Assembly: GCA_965261395.1 (NCBI GenBank)
Contig: OZ253462.1
Coordinates: 1,632,001-1,696,000 of the forward strand
Length of the DNA stretch: 64,000 nucleotides
DNA from: Candidatus Latescibacterota bacterium
GTDB lineage: Bacteria; Latescibacterota; UBA2968; UBA8231
Direction of reading: 5' to 3'
The notes below the pieces were generated by a model. It was not told where the DNA came from. It saw only the letters and a list, made by a program, of their open reading frames with translations, and did no database searches. Made by a program: the position numbers and the translations under genes. Each line of letters starts with the position of its first letter. The stretch's first letter is position 1. Of this stretch, positions 39,166 through 48,657 are shown piece after piece.

Positions 39166-41301
39166 TCATCGCCCTGCAACACGTCCTCGATTATATGGAT
39201 CGCCCTTACCGTTTGCTTGCAGATGCAGGACGCTCATGCCGTAGACGATGAGGCGAGGAATGGTGAAGCGGACGTTTGATCCGCTCTTTTTGTGCTCGAG
39301 CACAATTGGCTCTCGCATCTCCGGATAGTGCCATTCAACCCGCTCTACCTGCAAGCCGTCGGGTATTTCACACTCTGCTTGGAGCGGCCCGACCGGAAGC
39401 GGTATTTCGATTGCGGCCTCCTCATCCTGCTGGTAGTTGATCCAGTGAATGACCACCGCGTCCACATCCTGTGGACGCCATGCCCGCACCCGCACGAACC
39501 AAGGGGCATCGGTGACCAGCCGGGGCCGGCCGACGAACTGTTCCAGCTCCAACAGAAACCGTTGACCAAAGGTATCGTCTTCGAGCTTGGGAAAAATCGG
39601 CATCTCTTGCGGGATTCCCTTGATCGGCATCGTCTCCGGAGTCCAGGGTCCGTCGGGAATGTACATCCCCCCTCCCATGCGGCCGGCGATCGATCCTGCG
39701 GCCGGCGATGCTCTCAGAGCTTGAAGCAGCGGCTCCTCGTGCGGCGACCCATCGACGTCGAGACGGCCACTATTGCCCGTAAATACCAGACGGCCTCCTG
39801 CGCGGACGAACGCTGCTAACCACTCGCCTTCCGCCGCACTCAGTCTCTGTATTTCCGGTAAAACGAGGACCTCGTAGTCACCGGCGCGCTCCATTAACTG
39901 TTCGTCGAGGATGATGTCGAAGAACCAGTGGCTGTCCTCTAGATGTTGTCCGAGTCGCTTGAGCGCGTCGAGACAATCCATCTCCGCTTGCATCTCGGCT
40001 CTCTTGGGATAGACGAGGGCGATCTGAGACCACGGGGTCGCCGGGTGAAGCAGCTTTTCGTGGTGGAACATGAATCGCTGGTAGCGAATGACGGGGCCGT
40101 AATAATCCTCCGGCGCAACATTGACGCTTTCTTCCTGATCAAGGCGTGGAGGTCCGGCGTGAAAGGCCAGCGCCGTGCCGTGATGGGCCAGCGCCTCGGC
40201 AGCCCAGATGCGCCAACGCTTGTAGTCGTACTTGTTTATGACGAAGGGTCTGCCGCCACCGGCGGCGTACATGAAGCGGGATGGCAAACCCATGTCTGCG
40301 AGGTATCCCTGAGCGAGCGAGCTGATCGCCTTGGATGGCCCCTGGCTGTACCAGATATAGTCCTCCCCCCTCGCCCACAACTCCTGCGGCAGCAGACAGC
40401 GCTCGTCGTGCGGTCGGAAATCGTATTTGTGATTCCATTGCGCTAGGAGCAGGTCCGGTTTGAGCGATCGCCCGTATTCAATGAAAACTTCGTCGAAGGA
40501 CTCTTTGCGTTTCAGGTCGGACCCTTGGGCCAGGACGAACTGCAAACGGGCTGCCAGCTCTTCCGAGCAGTCGGAACTCGCCGTGAACACGTCGGGCACC
40601 TCCTCTAGGTCGGCGATTCCGAAAATCCCCTGAATCTCTTCTGTGGTCAGTCGCGTGCCCAGAAAACGGCGCGCATAGTCGGAGCAGTATTGGCAGTGGC
40701 AGAGGGACTCGTAGTGGTGGGTGGCATTGAAGCCGTCGAGACCAAGCTCGATGCCCTTGTACACCATCGCCTTAAGGACCGCCAACCACTTTGGATTGCT
40801 CATGCAGCCGCGATAGGTGCGATAGGGTCGGCCCGGTATGGTGTGCCATTTGAGCGATCCATCGGCATTGCGCTGCAGGCCCTCTTCAACGGCAGCGCAC
40901 GGCGGTGGTCCCAGCAGATCGTCGGTCCACATGCGCGCCCACTTCTCGCCGAACAGGCCGAGTCGCTCCTCGTGATCCCCGAAGTGCATGGTTGTCGACA
41001 ACTGGCCGGTGACGAGTGCGCCGGCTTCCTGTATTTGAGGAATGACCTCGGCGGCCAAGTCCAGGTTGGCCTTCGCACTCCGCAAGGGCATGCCCGACCA
41101 CGACGGTTCGATATTCTCATCGCCGACAAGCGAATAGAAATCGACTCCAAAGTTCCCCACCTGCACCAACTGGATCCTAGCTCGGCGCACGTGATCGACG
41201 ACCTGAGACGCGGCGGGCAGGGTCCAGTGCTCGATGATGCGGCTTATGCGGCGATGTGCATCCATTTTCTGCCTCGCTTGATTTCCCATTGCGATGCCCA
41301 C
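39166..41301 (-). CDS. Hypothetical glycosidase-like protein (TIM barrel plus GATase-like trimerisation domain)
   Basis: CMSNPKW, GLDG, CHCQYC; YEVLVLP..LS....L..FVRAGG.L; VIHWINY. Confidence 0.65.
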   Translation of the reverse strand: MGIAMGNQARQKMDAHRRISRIIEHWTLPAASQVVDHVRRARIQLVQVGNFGVDFYSLVGDENIEPSWSGMPLRSAKANLDLAAEVIPQIQEAGALVTGQLSTTMHFGDHEERLGLFGEKWARMWTDDLLGPPPCAAVEEGLQRNADGSLKWHTIPGRPYRTYRGCMSNPKWLAVLKAMVYKGIELGLDGFNATHHYESLCHCQYCSDYARRFLGTRLTTEEIQGIFGIADLEEVPDVFTASSDCSEELAARLQFVLAQGSDLKRKESFDEVFIEYGRSLKPDLLLAQWNHKYDFRPHDERCLLPQELWARGEDYIWYSQGPSKAISSLAQGYLADMGLPSRFMYAAGGGRPFVINKYDYKRWRIWAAEALAHHGTALAFHAGPPRLDQEESVNVAPEDYYGPVIRYQRFMFHHEKLLHPATPWSQIALVYPKRAEMQAEMDCLDALKRLGQHLEDSHWFFDIILDEQLMERAGDYEVLVLPEIQRLSAAEGEWLAAFVRAGGRLVFTGNSGRLDVDGSPHEEPLLQALRASPAAGSIAGRMGGGMYIPDGPWTPETMPIKGIPQEMPIFPKLEDDTFGQRFLLELEQFVGRPRLVTDAPWFVRVRAWRPQDVDAVVIHWINYQQDEEAAIEIPLPVGPLQAECEIPDGLQVERVEWHYPEMREPIVLEHKKSGSNVRFTIPRLIVYGMSVLHLQANGKGDPYNRGRVAGR

Positions 41302-41360
41302 AGTTTACGGTGCGCTCGACGATTCACAAAATGCTGCAATTGCCTTAGGGAGACAGATAC

Positions 41361-42362
41361 ATGATTAAACTAGGTATGATCGGCTGTGGCGGCATGGGGG
41401 GTGCCCACATGCGGCGGTTTCACACCCTGAGCGATCGGGTCGCATTGGCTGCGGCGGTCGATGTTGTTCCAGAGCGCGCAGCAGCCGTCGCGCAACAATT
41501 TCCAGGAGCCTGTGTGGCGACGGATTATCGCGAGATTTTAGACTCGGTAGATGCCGTATTGCTCGCGCTACCCCACCATTTGCACTCTTCCGTCGGACAG
41601 GCGTGTCTCAATGCTGGCGTTCACGTCTTGCTCGAAAAACCCATGGCCAATGACGAAGTCGCCTGCCAAGAACTGATTGCGGCATCTGCAACCTCGGGTA
41701 GAGTGCTGATGATTGCGTATTGCATGCGCTTTCATCCCATTGTCCAGCGTCTGCAAGCATTGTTAGATGAAGGCGCGTACGGCGATGTATTTCAAGTGTC
41801 GATCTGGACCGAGCAACTCACTCGCTATCCCCCCGATCACTGGGCTGCGAGCCAAGAGCGCTTGGGCGGAGGGCAGTTGTTTAGTCATGGCTGTCACTAC
41901 ATCGATTTGCTGCTCTGGTTTTTGGGGCGACCCGTGCGCGGCATACACATGGGCACCAATTTTGGTACGCCGTGGATGGAGCGCGAAGGCACGAGCAATG
42001 TGACGATGGAATTTGCCGATGGCCGCCTGGGCTATCACTTCGGCACCTGGGGCGCGCGGGGCACTCGGTTGCGCTACTCAATCCACGCGCATTGCACAGA
42101 AGGTTTGCTCGATGCCGATATCTCAGGCGGCAAACTCGTGCATATCCTACGCGGCCAAGAAAAAGTTTTGTTCGAAGCAGAGCCGGGCAAACACACGGAA
42201 AACGAGATGGCCCATTTTCTCGATTGCATTGCAACCGGGCAAACACCGCTGACCGATGGCAAAAGCAGCTTGCAGGGCTTGCGCGTGATCTGGCAGCTAT
42301 ACGAAGCCGAGCAAGCAGGGCATATTGCAGATTTGACGGGCTTGGGTTTGGACGAGGCCTAA
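41361..42362 (+). CDS. Gfo/Idh/MocA oxidoreductase
   Basis: GMIGCGGMG, HVLLEKPMA, GGGQLFSHGCHYID. Confidence 0.92.
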   Translation: MIKLGMIGCGGMGGAHMRRFHTLSDRVALAAAVDVVPERAAAVAQQFPGACVATDYREILDSVDAVLLALPHHLHSSVGQACLNAGVHVLLEKPMANDEVACQELIAASATSGRVLMIAYCMRFHPIVQRLQALLDEGAYGDVFQVSIWTEQLTRYPPDHWAASQERLGGGQLFSHGCHYIDLLLWFLGRPVRGIHMGTNFGTPWMEREGTSNVTMEFADGRLGYHFGTWGARGTRLRYSIHAHCTEGLLDADISGGKLVHILRGQEKVLFEAEPGKHTENEMAHFLDCIATGQTPLTDGKSSLQGLRVIWQLYEAEQAGHIADLTGLGLDEA

Positions 42363-42379
42363 TAAGATGCATTGGCCGC

Positions 42380-43447
42380 CTACGAACTGTATTGCTCAAT
42401 CTTCGCTTCGTCTACTTCAACGCCCAGTCCTGGCCCCAACGGCACGCGGATGCGCCCATTTTCAAACTGCAACGGTTCAGTTAGCACATCATCCGTCAGG
42501 CCGTGGTAGCAGGTGTCGTTCGGCCCGGAAAAATTGGGGGTTGCTGCCGCAATGTGGGTGATGGCGGCGGTCTTGAGCCCGAGGTCGTGCGAACAGTGCA
42601 TCAGGCACGGCACGTCATACGCCTCGGCGACGGTAGCGACTTTCTTGACCCGTAGCATGCCGCCCGCCGCTGGGGTGTCTGGCATCAGGATATCAGCGCC
42701 CTCGTTGGCCAGTAGGTTCACAACGGTGTCCGCAGTGACAACGCCCATGTTCACCAAGATACCCATGCCGATTTCCGCGCGGAACCGAATCAGCGCGTCG
42801 AGGTACTCAGACGAGCACGGGTCTTCAAAATAGCGAATCCCGAGGTCTTTCATTTTCCGTAGTGTGACTTCTGCATCTTCGGGGGAATACCCATTGTTTG
42901 CATCTGGGCGGAGTATGGCTTGGTCGCCAACAACGGCTTGTATTGCCTCGGCAATCTGCAGGTCCTGTTGTGGGTCGTCCCCCGCTTTTGTTTTTAAGAA
43001 GCGAAACCCCCAGCGGTCCATGTACTCGCGAGCGGTTGCCGCGGACTCCGACGGTGCCTTGAGTCCCATACAGGCGCAGAAGTCCACTTCCTCCCGCACC
43101 ACGCCGCCGAGCAGTTTACAGACCGGCAAATCCGCGCCCTTGCCCATGGCGTCCCAAAGTGCCATCTCAATGCCAGACATCGGGCCTTTGCTGATGCCCC
43201 CTGCTTCCAGCGCTGCAATGGCCCCTTCGATGTTGGCCACATCTTTGCCCGTCAGCATTGCGTTTGGGTCCGTTTCAAACCTGCCCGTTCCTTCGCCCCA
43301 ACCCACTACATCCGTGTCTGTCTCAATTTTCACGATAAGTCCCGCTGCACCCAAAGTGCCACTACTACCACCACGCCCAACGTAAGGTCCAACGGGCGAA
43401 GCGTATGGGATGGCGACGTTCGTTCCTGTGATTCGCTTGATTTTCAT
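42380..43447 (-). CDS. Mandelate racemase/muconate lactonizing enzyme family
   Basis: EMALWDAMGK, KTK, DAN, FEDP, PLGPGLGVEVD. Start at MKIKR (43447). Confidence 0.9.
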   Translation of the reverse strand: MKIKRITGTNVAIPYASPVGPYVGRGGSSGTLGAAGLIVKIETDTDVVGWGEGTGRFETDPNAMLTGKDVANIEGAIAALEAGGISKGPMSGIEMALWDAMGKGADLPVCKLLGGVVREEVDFCACMGLKAPSESAATAREYMDRWGFRFLKTKAGDDPQQDLQIAEAIQAVVGDQAILRPDANNGYSPEDAEVTLRKMKDLGIRYFEDPCSSEYLDALIRFRAEIGMGILVNMGVVTADTVVNLLANEGADILMPDTPAAGGMLRVKKVATVAEAYDVPCLMHCSHDLGLKTAAITHIAAATPNFSGPNDTCYHGLTDDVLTEPLQFENGRIRVPLGPGLGVEVDEAKIEQYSS

Positions 43448-43623
43448 TTTGGCACCTCTGAATGAGATTTGTGGTTTCCACTTGGCGTAGCCTAACACCC
43501 TTAGCGCCTTGTTGTCAATGTAATAGATAACGCGCCTTGGGCAGGCTGTTGACGAGTATGCGGGGGGCGTTACCTTACGGCAGGCTCGCAACCAACCTTC
43601 TTACGGAGGTCGATCCGCCGGTG

Positions 43624-44439
43624 ATGGTGATCTCGGAAAAAGACAAGCAGACGTATGCCGTGCAGGGGTTTCTCATTCTGCGGCAGGCCTTTGCGCAAAC
43701 CCGCATCGCGGCGCTGCTCAAGGGGGTCGAACGCCTGATCGACAAGGGGCTTGCGGGAGCGTGCGAGATAGGCTGGATCGACCGCGAGCGCCGTCTGCCG
43801 GGACGCACCGGCCACCTGCTCGACCCCGACAAGTACCACCCCGCCTTTGCCGACTGGATCGACGAGGATCTCGCACCCCATCTCGAGGCCCTGGTCTGCG
43901 GCCCGGGAGTGCGCCACAGTCTGTTCGGCATGCTCGCCAGCGGCGGTGAGAAGCCGTACACCCAGAAATGGCACCGCGACCTCTGCCGACCGGGCGACGC
44001 GGAGGAAACCGCGTACCTGCGCCGGCACGAAGGCCGCTTCGTGCAGTTCAACGCCCCGCTCGTTGCCGGAGACCGCTTCCTCCATATCGTCCCCGAGAGT
44101 CACCTGCGGGCATCGACGGCTGAGGAAATCGAAGCGTCCCGCAGCGAATCGGGAGAGATGCCGAACGCCCTCGTCGTCGATCTGGAACCGGGAGACATCG
44201 CCTACTACAACGCCAACCTTTGGCACCGGGGCTGGAACCCGGAGGGGCGCAAGCGCTGGACCATGCACTGCGCCTTCTGGAACGCTGGAGCCACGGTGAT
44301 GGCCCACGAGTACGGACAGCGCGAGCAGTTGACCCAACAAGGGCATATGGAGCAAATGCCCCCCGTTACGCGGCAGTACATCCAGAGCTACCTCGACAAC
44401 TATCCCGAGGCGGATCCGCCTTCCCTATTCGATCTGTAG
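43624..44439 (+). CDS. PhyH family dioxygenase
   Basis: WHRD, VPESH, PGD, WHRG. Confidence 0.85.
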   Translation: MVISEKDKQTYAVQGFLILRQAFAQTRIAALLKGVERLIDKGLAGACEIGWIDRERRLPGRTGHLLDPDKYHPAFADWIDEDLAPHLEALVCGPGVRHSLFGMLASGGEKPYTQKWHRDLCRPGDAEETAYLRRHEGRFVQFNAPLVAGDRFLHIVPESHLRASTAEEIEASRSESGEMPNALVVDLEPGDIAYYNANLWHRGWNPEGRKRWTMHCAFWNAGATVMAHEYGQREQLTQQGHMEQMPPVTRQYIQSYLDNYPEADPPSLFDL

Positions 44440-44469
44440 CCATGCACTACTTGAACATTTTCGCGGGAC

Positions 44470-44640
44470 GTGCCGGTTCCCAAGGGAGCCAACGAAACCG
44501 CCGCGGCCATTACCAACTGCAGCAATCCTCATGTGCGCAGGCTCATGCTCGACGGGGTTTATGTCGATGGAGACGACGCTCCGGTTTCCGTAGCGGCCCC
44601 GCCGTTGTCCAAAGATGTGCAGTCGATCATGCAGATGAGG
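44470..44640 (+). mobile_element. Degenerate IS91-like (HUH) transposase fragment
   Basis: NPHVRRLMLDGVYV...AAPPLS resembles the NxHxHxLxLDGVY segment of IS91-family transposases. Confidence 0.5.
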
Positions 44641-44644
44641 CTTT

Positions 44645-45445
44645 ATGACAAAAAGCAGACCTCCAATCCCCGCCGAAGTTGCCGCAGAAATCCAGTTTGC
44701 CTGCAATAACACGTGCTGCATCTGTGAAGAGCGAGGTAAGGCCATTCAGATACACCATCTAGATGGAGATCGGTGTAATCATAGGCTTAGTAATCTTTCA
44801 GTTCTCTGCCTTGAGTGTCACGACCAAACGCAGACTCGCGGCGGCTTCGCGCGCAGACTAACCCAAGAGGTGGTAACCAAATACCGAAATGAGTGGATTA
44901 CACGGGTAACAGAACGGAGACGGGAGGCCGATCGTATTGCTGCTGAGCGTGCTGTGGGTCCTCTCATCAGCACGTCGAAGGCGACCTATCGAGAGTCGGA
45001 GAGAGCCAAGGTCATGCCAAAGGGAGATGCTCTGGAGTACATCAACACGCTTCCAGGCCTGAAGGCAGAACTTCTAAGGAGGGCGCAACCAGAGTGGGAC
45101 AGCGGCGTAACCTCACGGATGGTCCAAGCCTCATACTATTACATCGACGCTCTATCTGGAATACTCTCCGCTCTTGCGGGTTACTACCCGGATGGGCATT
45201 TCAGGAATAAAGATCCACACCAGTTCTTTGCCGAGCAGATCGCTGCGAGGTTTGAATGGCACCGCTCACATGCTGAGCCAAGCGGACCGGGGACAGGAGG
45301 CACAATGGTGAACTTGTTGTGTTGCACAAACGTACAGGCTGACGTTGAAAAGATGGTCGAAGACATGGTCACGTCGATCGTGGGCTACGACGACGAGTTT
45401 GACTGGAAAAGGTGGCCAATCAGGTGGAAGGGAAAAACAACCTAA
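44645..45445 (+). CDS. HNH endonuclease-domain protein
   Basis: CCIC...IQIHHLDGD..N....NL..LCLECHD, followed by an unknown helical domain. Confidence 0.85.
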   Translation: MTKSRPPIPAEVAAEIQFACNNTCCICEERGKAIQIHHLDGDRCNHRLSNLSVLCLECHDQTQTRGGFARRLTQEVVTKYRNEWITRVTERRREADRIAAERAVGPLISTSKATYRESERAKVMPKGDALEYINTLPGLKAELLRRAQPEWDSGVTSRMVQASYYYIDALSGILSALAGYYPDGHFRNKDPHQFFAEQIAARFEWHRSHAEPSGPGTGGTMVNLLCCTNVQADVEKMVEDMVTSIVGYDDEFDWKRWPIRWKGKTT

Positions 45446-45531
45446 CAAACAAATTTCCTGTTTGCACGGTGAAACGGAAAAACGAGATAGTTGATACTGG
45501 CTTTGTTAGACGAGTTAGGAGATAGACGGCG

Positions 45532-46473
45532 ATGAGCGCGAAATACGAATGGTGCTGCGTAACGGAGAACGCTGCCTTCGCAGCTCGCGATGGCGCTGGC
45601 GCATTGGTGTTCCATGATAAAATGTGGCTGCTGGGCGGCTGGAATCCCGGGGACAAAGTCCACTTCCCGCTGATCTGCAACAGTGAGGTCTGGTCGTCGC
45701 CCGATGGCACCTCCTGGACGCTTGAGAATCCTCATGCGCCTTGGGAGGGGCGGCATACGGCTGGATATGCGGTGCATGACGGCCGAATGTGGATCGTCGG
45801 CGGCGATTGCAATCAAGGCCATTATCAGAACGATGTCTGGAGCAGTGCGGACGGCATTCATTGGGAGCTGGCGAATGATCGCGTGCCGTGGGCTCCCCGA
45901 GCGCTTCATTATACCCTAGCTTTCGCCGGCCGGATCTGGGTGATGGGCGGACAGACGCTGCCCGAATTTGCCGGCGCTGATGAGGTCTTCCACAACGACG
46001 TGTGGAGTTCGGCAAATGGGATTAGCTGGACTCGGGTTATCGACAGCGCTCCGTGGGTGCCCAGAGGGATGATCGGGGGAGCCGCTGTGCACGACAACAG
46101 GATGTGGATTCTCGGTGGGGGCACATACGATACGCCTACAACTCCTATCCGCAAATTCTACAACGACGTGTGGAGTTCAGAAGATGGGATCAACTGGGAA
46201 CAGCACATAGCGCACGCTCCGTGGGCACCCAGGCAATACCACGAGGTGGCCGCTTTCGATGGCTGTATGTGGGTGTTAGAAGGCTATGCGGCAGAGAGTG
46301 GAAATCGCCGCGATGTGTGGTATTCACCCGATGGCGTGGACTGGACCGAATTGCCCGATACCCCTTGGGCACCCCGACATGCGGGGAGCGTGTTCGTGTA
46401 CGACGGGTCGTTGTGGATGGTGGCGGGAAATAATATGGAGCCGGATGTCTGGCGGCTTTCGCGTAAGGAATAG
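45532..46473 (+). CDS. Kelch-like beta-propeller repeat protein
   Basis: Repeats of MW..GG...NDVWSS.DG..W....APW.PR. Confidence 0.85.
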   Translation: MSAKYEWCCVTENAAFAARDGAGALVFHDKMWLLGGWNPGDKVHFPLICNSEVWSSPDGTSWTLENPHAPWEGRHTAGYAVHDGRMWIVGGDCNQGHYQNDVWSSADGIHWELANDRVPWAPRALHYTLAFAGRIWVMGGQTLPEFAGADEVFHNDVWSSANGISWTRVIDSAPWVPRGMIGGAAVHDNRMWILGGGTYDTPTTPIRKFYNDVWSSEDGINWEQHIAHAPWAPRQYHEVAAFDGCMWVLEGYAAESGNRRDVWYSPDGVDWTELPDTPWAPRHAGSVFVYDGSLWMVAGNNMEPDVWRLSRKE

Positions 46474-46480
46474 GTGTCTT

Positions 46481-47326
46481 ATGGACCGAAGAATGGAAGA
46501 ATACCGCGCTCAGGGTTATACCGTATTCGAGGGGCTGTACGACGAAACCACCATGCCGGCCTGGCGCGATGAGCAGGATCGGCTGCAAGCCCTCTCCACG
46601 GAGGGACCCGATGTGCGAGAACCGACCACTTGGTTCGGCAATATGCTCGAACGAGCGCCAGAGCTGATGTGGCCAGCAGTGGCTCATCCAGTCATTCTCG
46701 ACTTTGCCGAGCAGGTAGTGGGGCCTCTCGTGCAGCTCGACAACCTCACCTTAGCCGCCTTTCCCTCCATGGATCCAGAAGAAGCCGCCGGCAAGGCCAG
46801 TGCTTGGCACCGAGACCGCTGGGCTCGTATGCCCAACGGCGCGTACGAACGCCCCTTGGCCTTTAATGCCATCTGCTATCTGCAGGATCTGGACGACGAG
46901 TACGGACCGCTTAGGGTGCTGCCCGGTTCTCACGTCGAGCCCATTGCCTTAGCCGAGGAGGAGGTCCGCAAGCCGCACCAAGACGAGCAGTTGATCTACA
47001 TGAAAGCCGGCGATGTGGTTTTGACCCACAATGGCCTGCTGCACTCGGGCACGCCCAATACCTCGGGGCGCAAGCGCTACTTCTTCAGTGTGTACTACAA
47101 TATCTCTTGGCTCAAACACACGGATACGTTCACCGGTCCCAACTGCCAACAACTCATCAACTGGGCCCGGAGCCGACAGGACCACCGGGCCCTGCGCCTG
47201 TTGGGTCAGGACGAGCACTTGCAAGGCCGCGCCAACAGCGGTTTCCTGCAGCCCGATGAAGTGTGCTGGCATCAGTGGACTCAAGCCGACCAGCGCGCTC
47301 TCGAAGAGGCCGCCAGACGGGAATAG
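46481..47326 (+). CDS. PhyH family dioxygenase
   Basis: WHRD, LPGSH, KAGD, LHSG. Confidence 0.88.
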   Translation: MDRRMEEYRAQGYTVFEGLYDETTMPAWRDEQDRLQALSTEGPDVREPTTWFGNMLERAPELMWPAVAHPVILDFAEQVVGPLVQLDNLTLAAFPSMDPEEAAGKASAWHRDRWARMPNGAYERPLAFNAICYLQDLDDEYGPLRVLPGSHVEPIALAEEEVRKPHQDEQLIYMKAGDVVLTHNGLLHSGTPNTSGRKRYFFSVYYNISWLKHTDTFTGPNCQQLINWARSRQDHRALRLLGQDEHLQGRANSGFLQPDEVCWHQWTQADQRALEEAARRE

Positions 47327-47334
47327 TGTCCACG

Positions 47335-48552
47335 ATGTTAGCTTTCAAACCACCTAAACCGAGTGTGACAACGATTCAAATTATACAAGCCCTGATACCG
47401 CTTGCGAATCGCTTGTATTTGAAAGGGTTAACGCTGGATGTCGATGCAGAGTCCATTGCTCGGTTGGAGGCGATACATGGGCATCCTACGGTCTTAGCCC
47501 CGAACCATCCGGCGCACGAAGATCCTATGGTTATGTTTCTCCTGTCAAAGCGGTTATCGCAACCGTACTACTACATGGCAGCTCGGGAAGCCTTCGACAA
47601 GGGTAGATTCGGGGCTATCCAATGCTATCTGATGCAGCGGGTCGGTGTGTACTCGATTGTGCGCGGCACTGTAGATAGAGATGCCTTCCGCACGACGCGG
47701 GAGCTTTTGTTTAAGGGCGACTGGCCGATTGTCATCTTTGGCGAAGGGGAAATTTCGCGCCAAAATGACACCGTCATGCGTTTTGAGAGAGGCATTGTCC
47801 AGATGTGCTTCTGGGCTTTGGACGATATGGAAAAAGCGCAAGTCAGCAAATCGCTCTATGCTGTGCCCGTCGGCATCAAATATCACTATCCGCGCGACAT
47901 GTGGAATTCTATTGATGCTGCTCTCACGAGGTTAGAACGGTATATCCTCCCGCCTGCCGAACAGACGCCGGTAGAACGCTACGATCGGTTGCGCCGCATC
48001 GGTGTCGCGATAGTCAGGACACTCGCAGCGGAATATCAGTATGAGATAGACGAAGCTGTGTCCCTTGATGTACATATCGAAAGGTTGAAAGATGCGATCC
48101 TGTCCCATGCCGAAGGGATTATGGGTATCCACCCTGAAGCCGACATACTCACAAGGACACGTGCGTTGAAAAATATAGTCGATGCCGAAATCTATAAGGA
48201 CATTGAGCAGATGACGGAGTACGAGCAGAAAATACATGGAGAGCAGCTGCAGAAATTTCAACAATTCTATCCCGATCTGGAGCGGTTGATTAATTTTATA
48301 TCAATTTCTGACGGGTATGTTGCTGAAGAACCATCGCCAGAGCGGTTTCTCGATGTGATTCTCCGTCTTGAAAGAGAAGTCTTTGGTAGGTCAGAAATGC
48401 GCGGACCGCGGGTGGCATCAGTCCGCGTCGGTGAACCGAAAAATCTCCGGGAATATTACGATACCTATAGAACTCAGAAAAGAGAAACGGTAGAACAGAT
48501 AACCCATGAACTTGAAACATCGGTTCAGAGTTTGGTCGGTGGGTTATCCTAA
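47335..48552 (+). CDS. PlsC-like glycerolipid acyltransferase
   Basis: NHPAHED (HxxxxD), YSIVRG, IFGEGE, VPVGIKY. Confidence 0.85.
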   Translation: MLAFKPPKPSVTTIQIIQALIPLANRLYLKGLTLDVDAESIARLEAIHGHPTVLAPNHPAHEDPMVMFLLSKRLSQPYYYMAAREAFDKGRFGAIQCYLMQRVGVYSIVRGTVDRDAFRTTRELLFKGDWPIVIFGEGEISRQNDTVMRFERGIVQMCFWALDDMEKAQVSKSLYAVPVGIKYHYPRDMWNSIDAALTRLERYILPPAEQTPVERYDRLRRIGVAIVRTLAAEYQYEIDEAVSLDVHIERLKDAILSHAEGIMGIHPEADILTRTRALKNIVDAEIYKDIEQMTEYEQKIHGEQLQKFQQFYPDLERLINFISISDGYVAEEPSPERFLDVILRLEREVFGRSEMRGPRVASVRVGEPKNLREYYDTYRTQKRETVEQITHELETSVQSLVGGLS

Positions 48553-48590
48553 CCTTATACAGGCAGATCCTCCGGTTTCTGTAGCGTCCC

Positions 48591-48621
48591 TGCCCGCTAT
48601 CTTGACATCAACGACGAGCGC
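48591..48621 (+). repeat. Degenerate direct repeat of 22911-22941 (contains TTGACA)
   Basis: 25/31 ungapped identity with a 12-nt exact core TATCTTGACATC. Confidence 0.6.
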
Positions 48622-48657
48622 TAGCTTATTTTCCCTCTTGCACGCAGAGGATTGTCC

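Noticed and set aside
45532-46473. Possible CRISPR or DNA tandem repeat
   Set aside because: The periodicity is protein-level Kelch-like repetition with synonymous divergence.
19297-48580. Prophage or ICE
   Set aside because: No integrase, phage structural, replication or conjugation genes were recognised.
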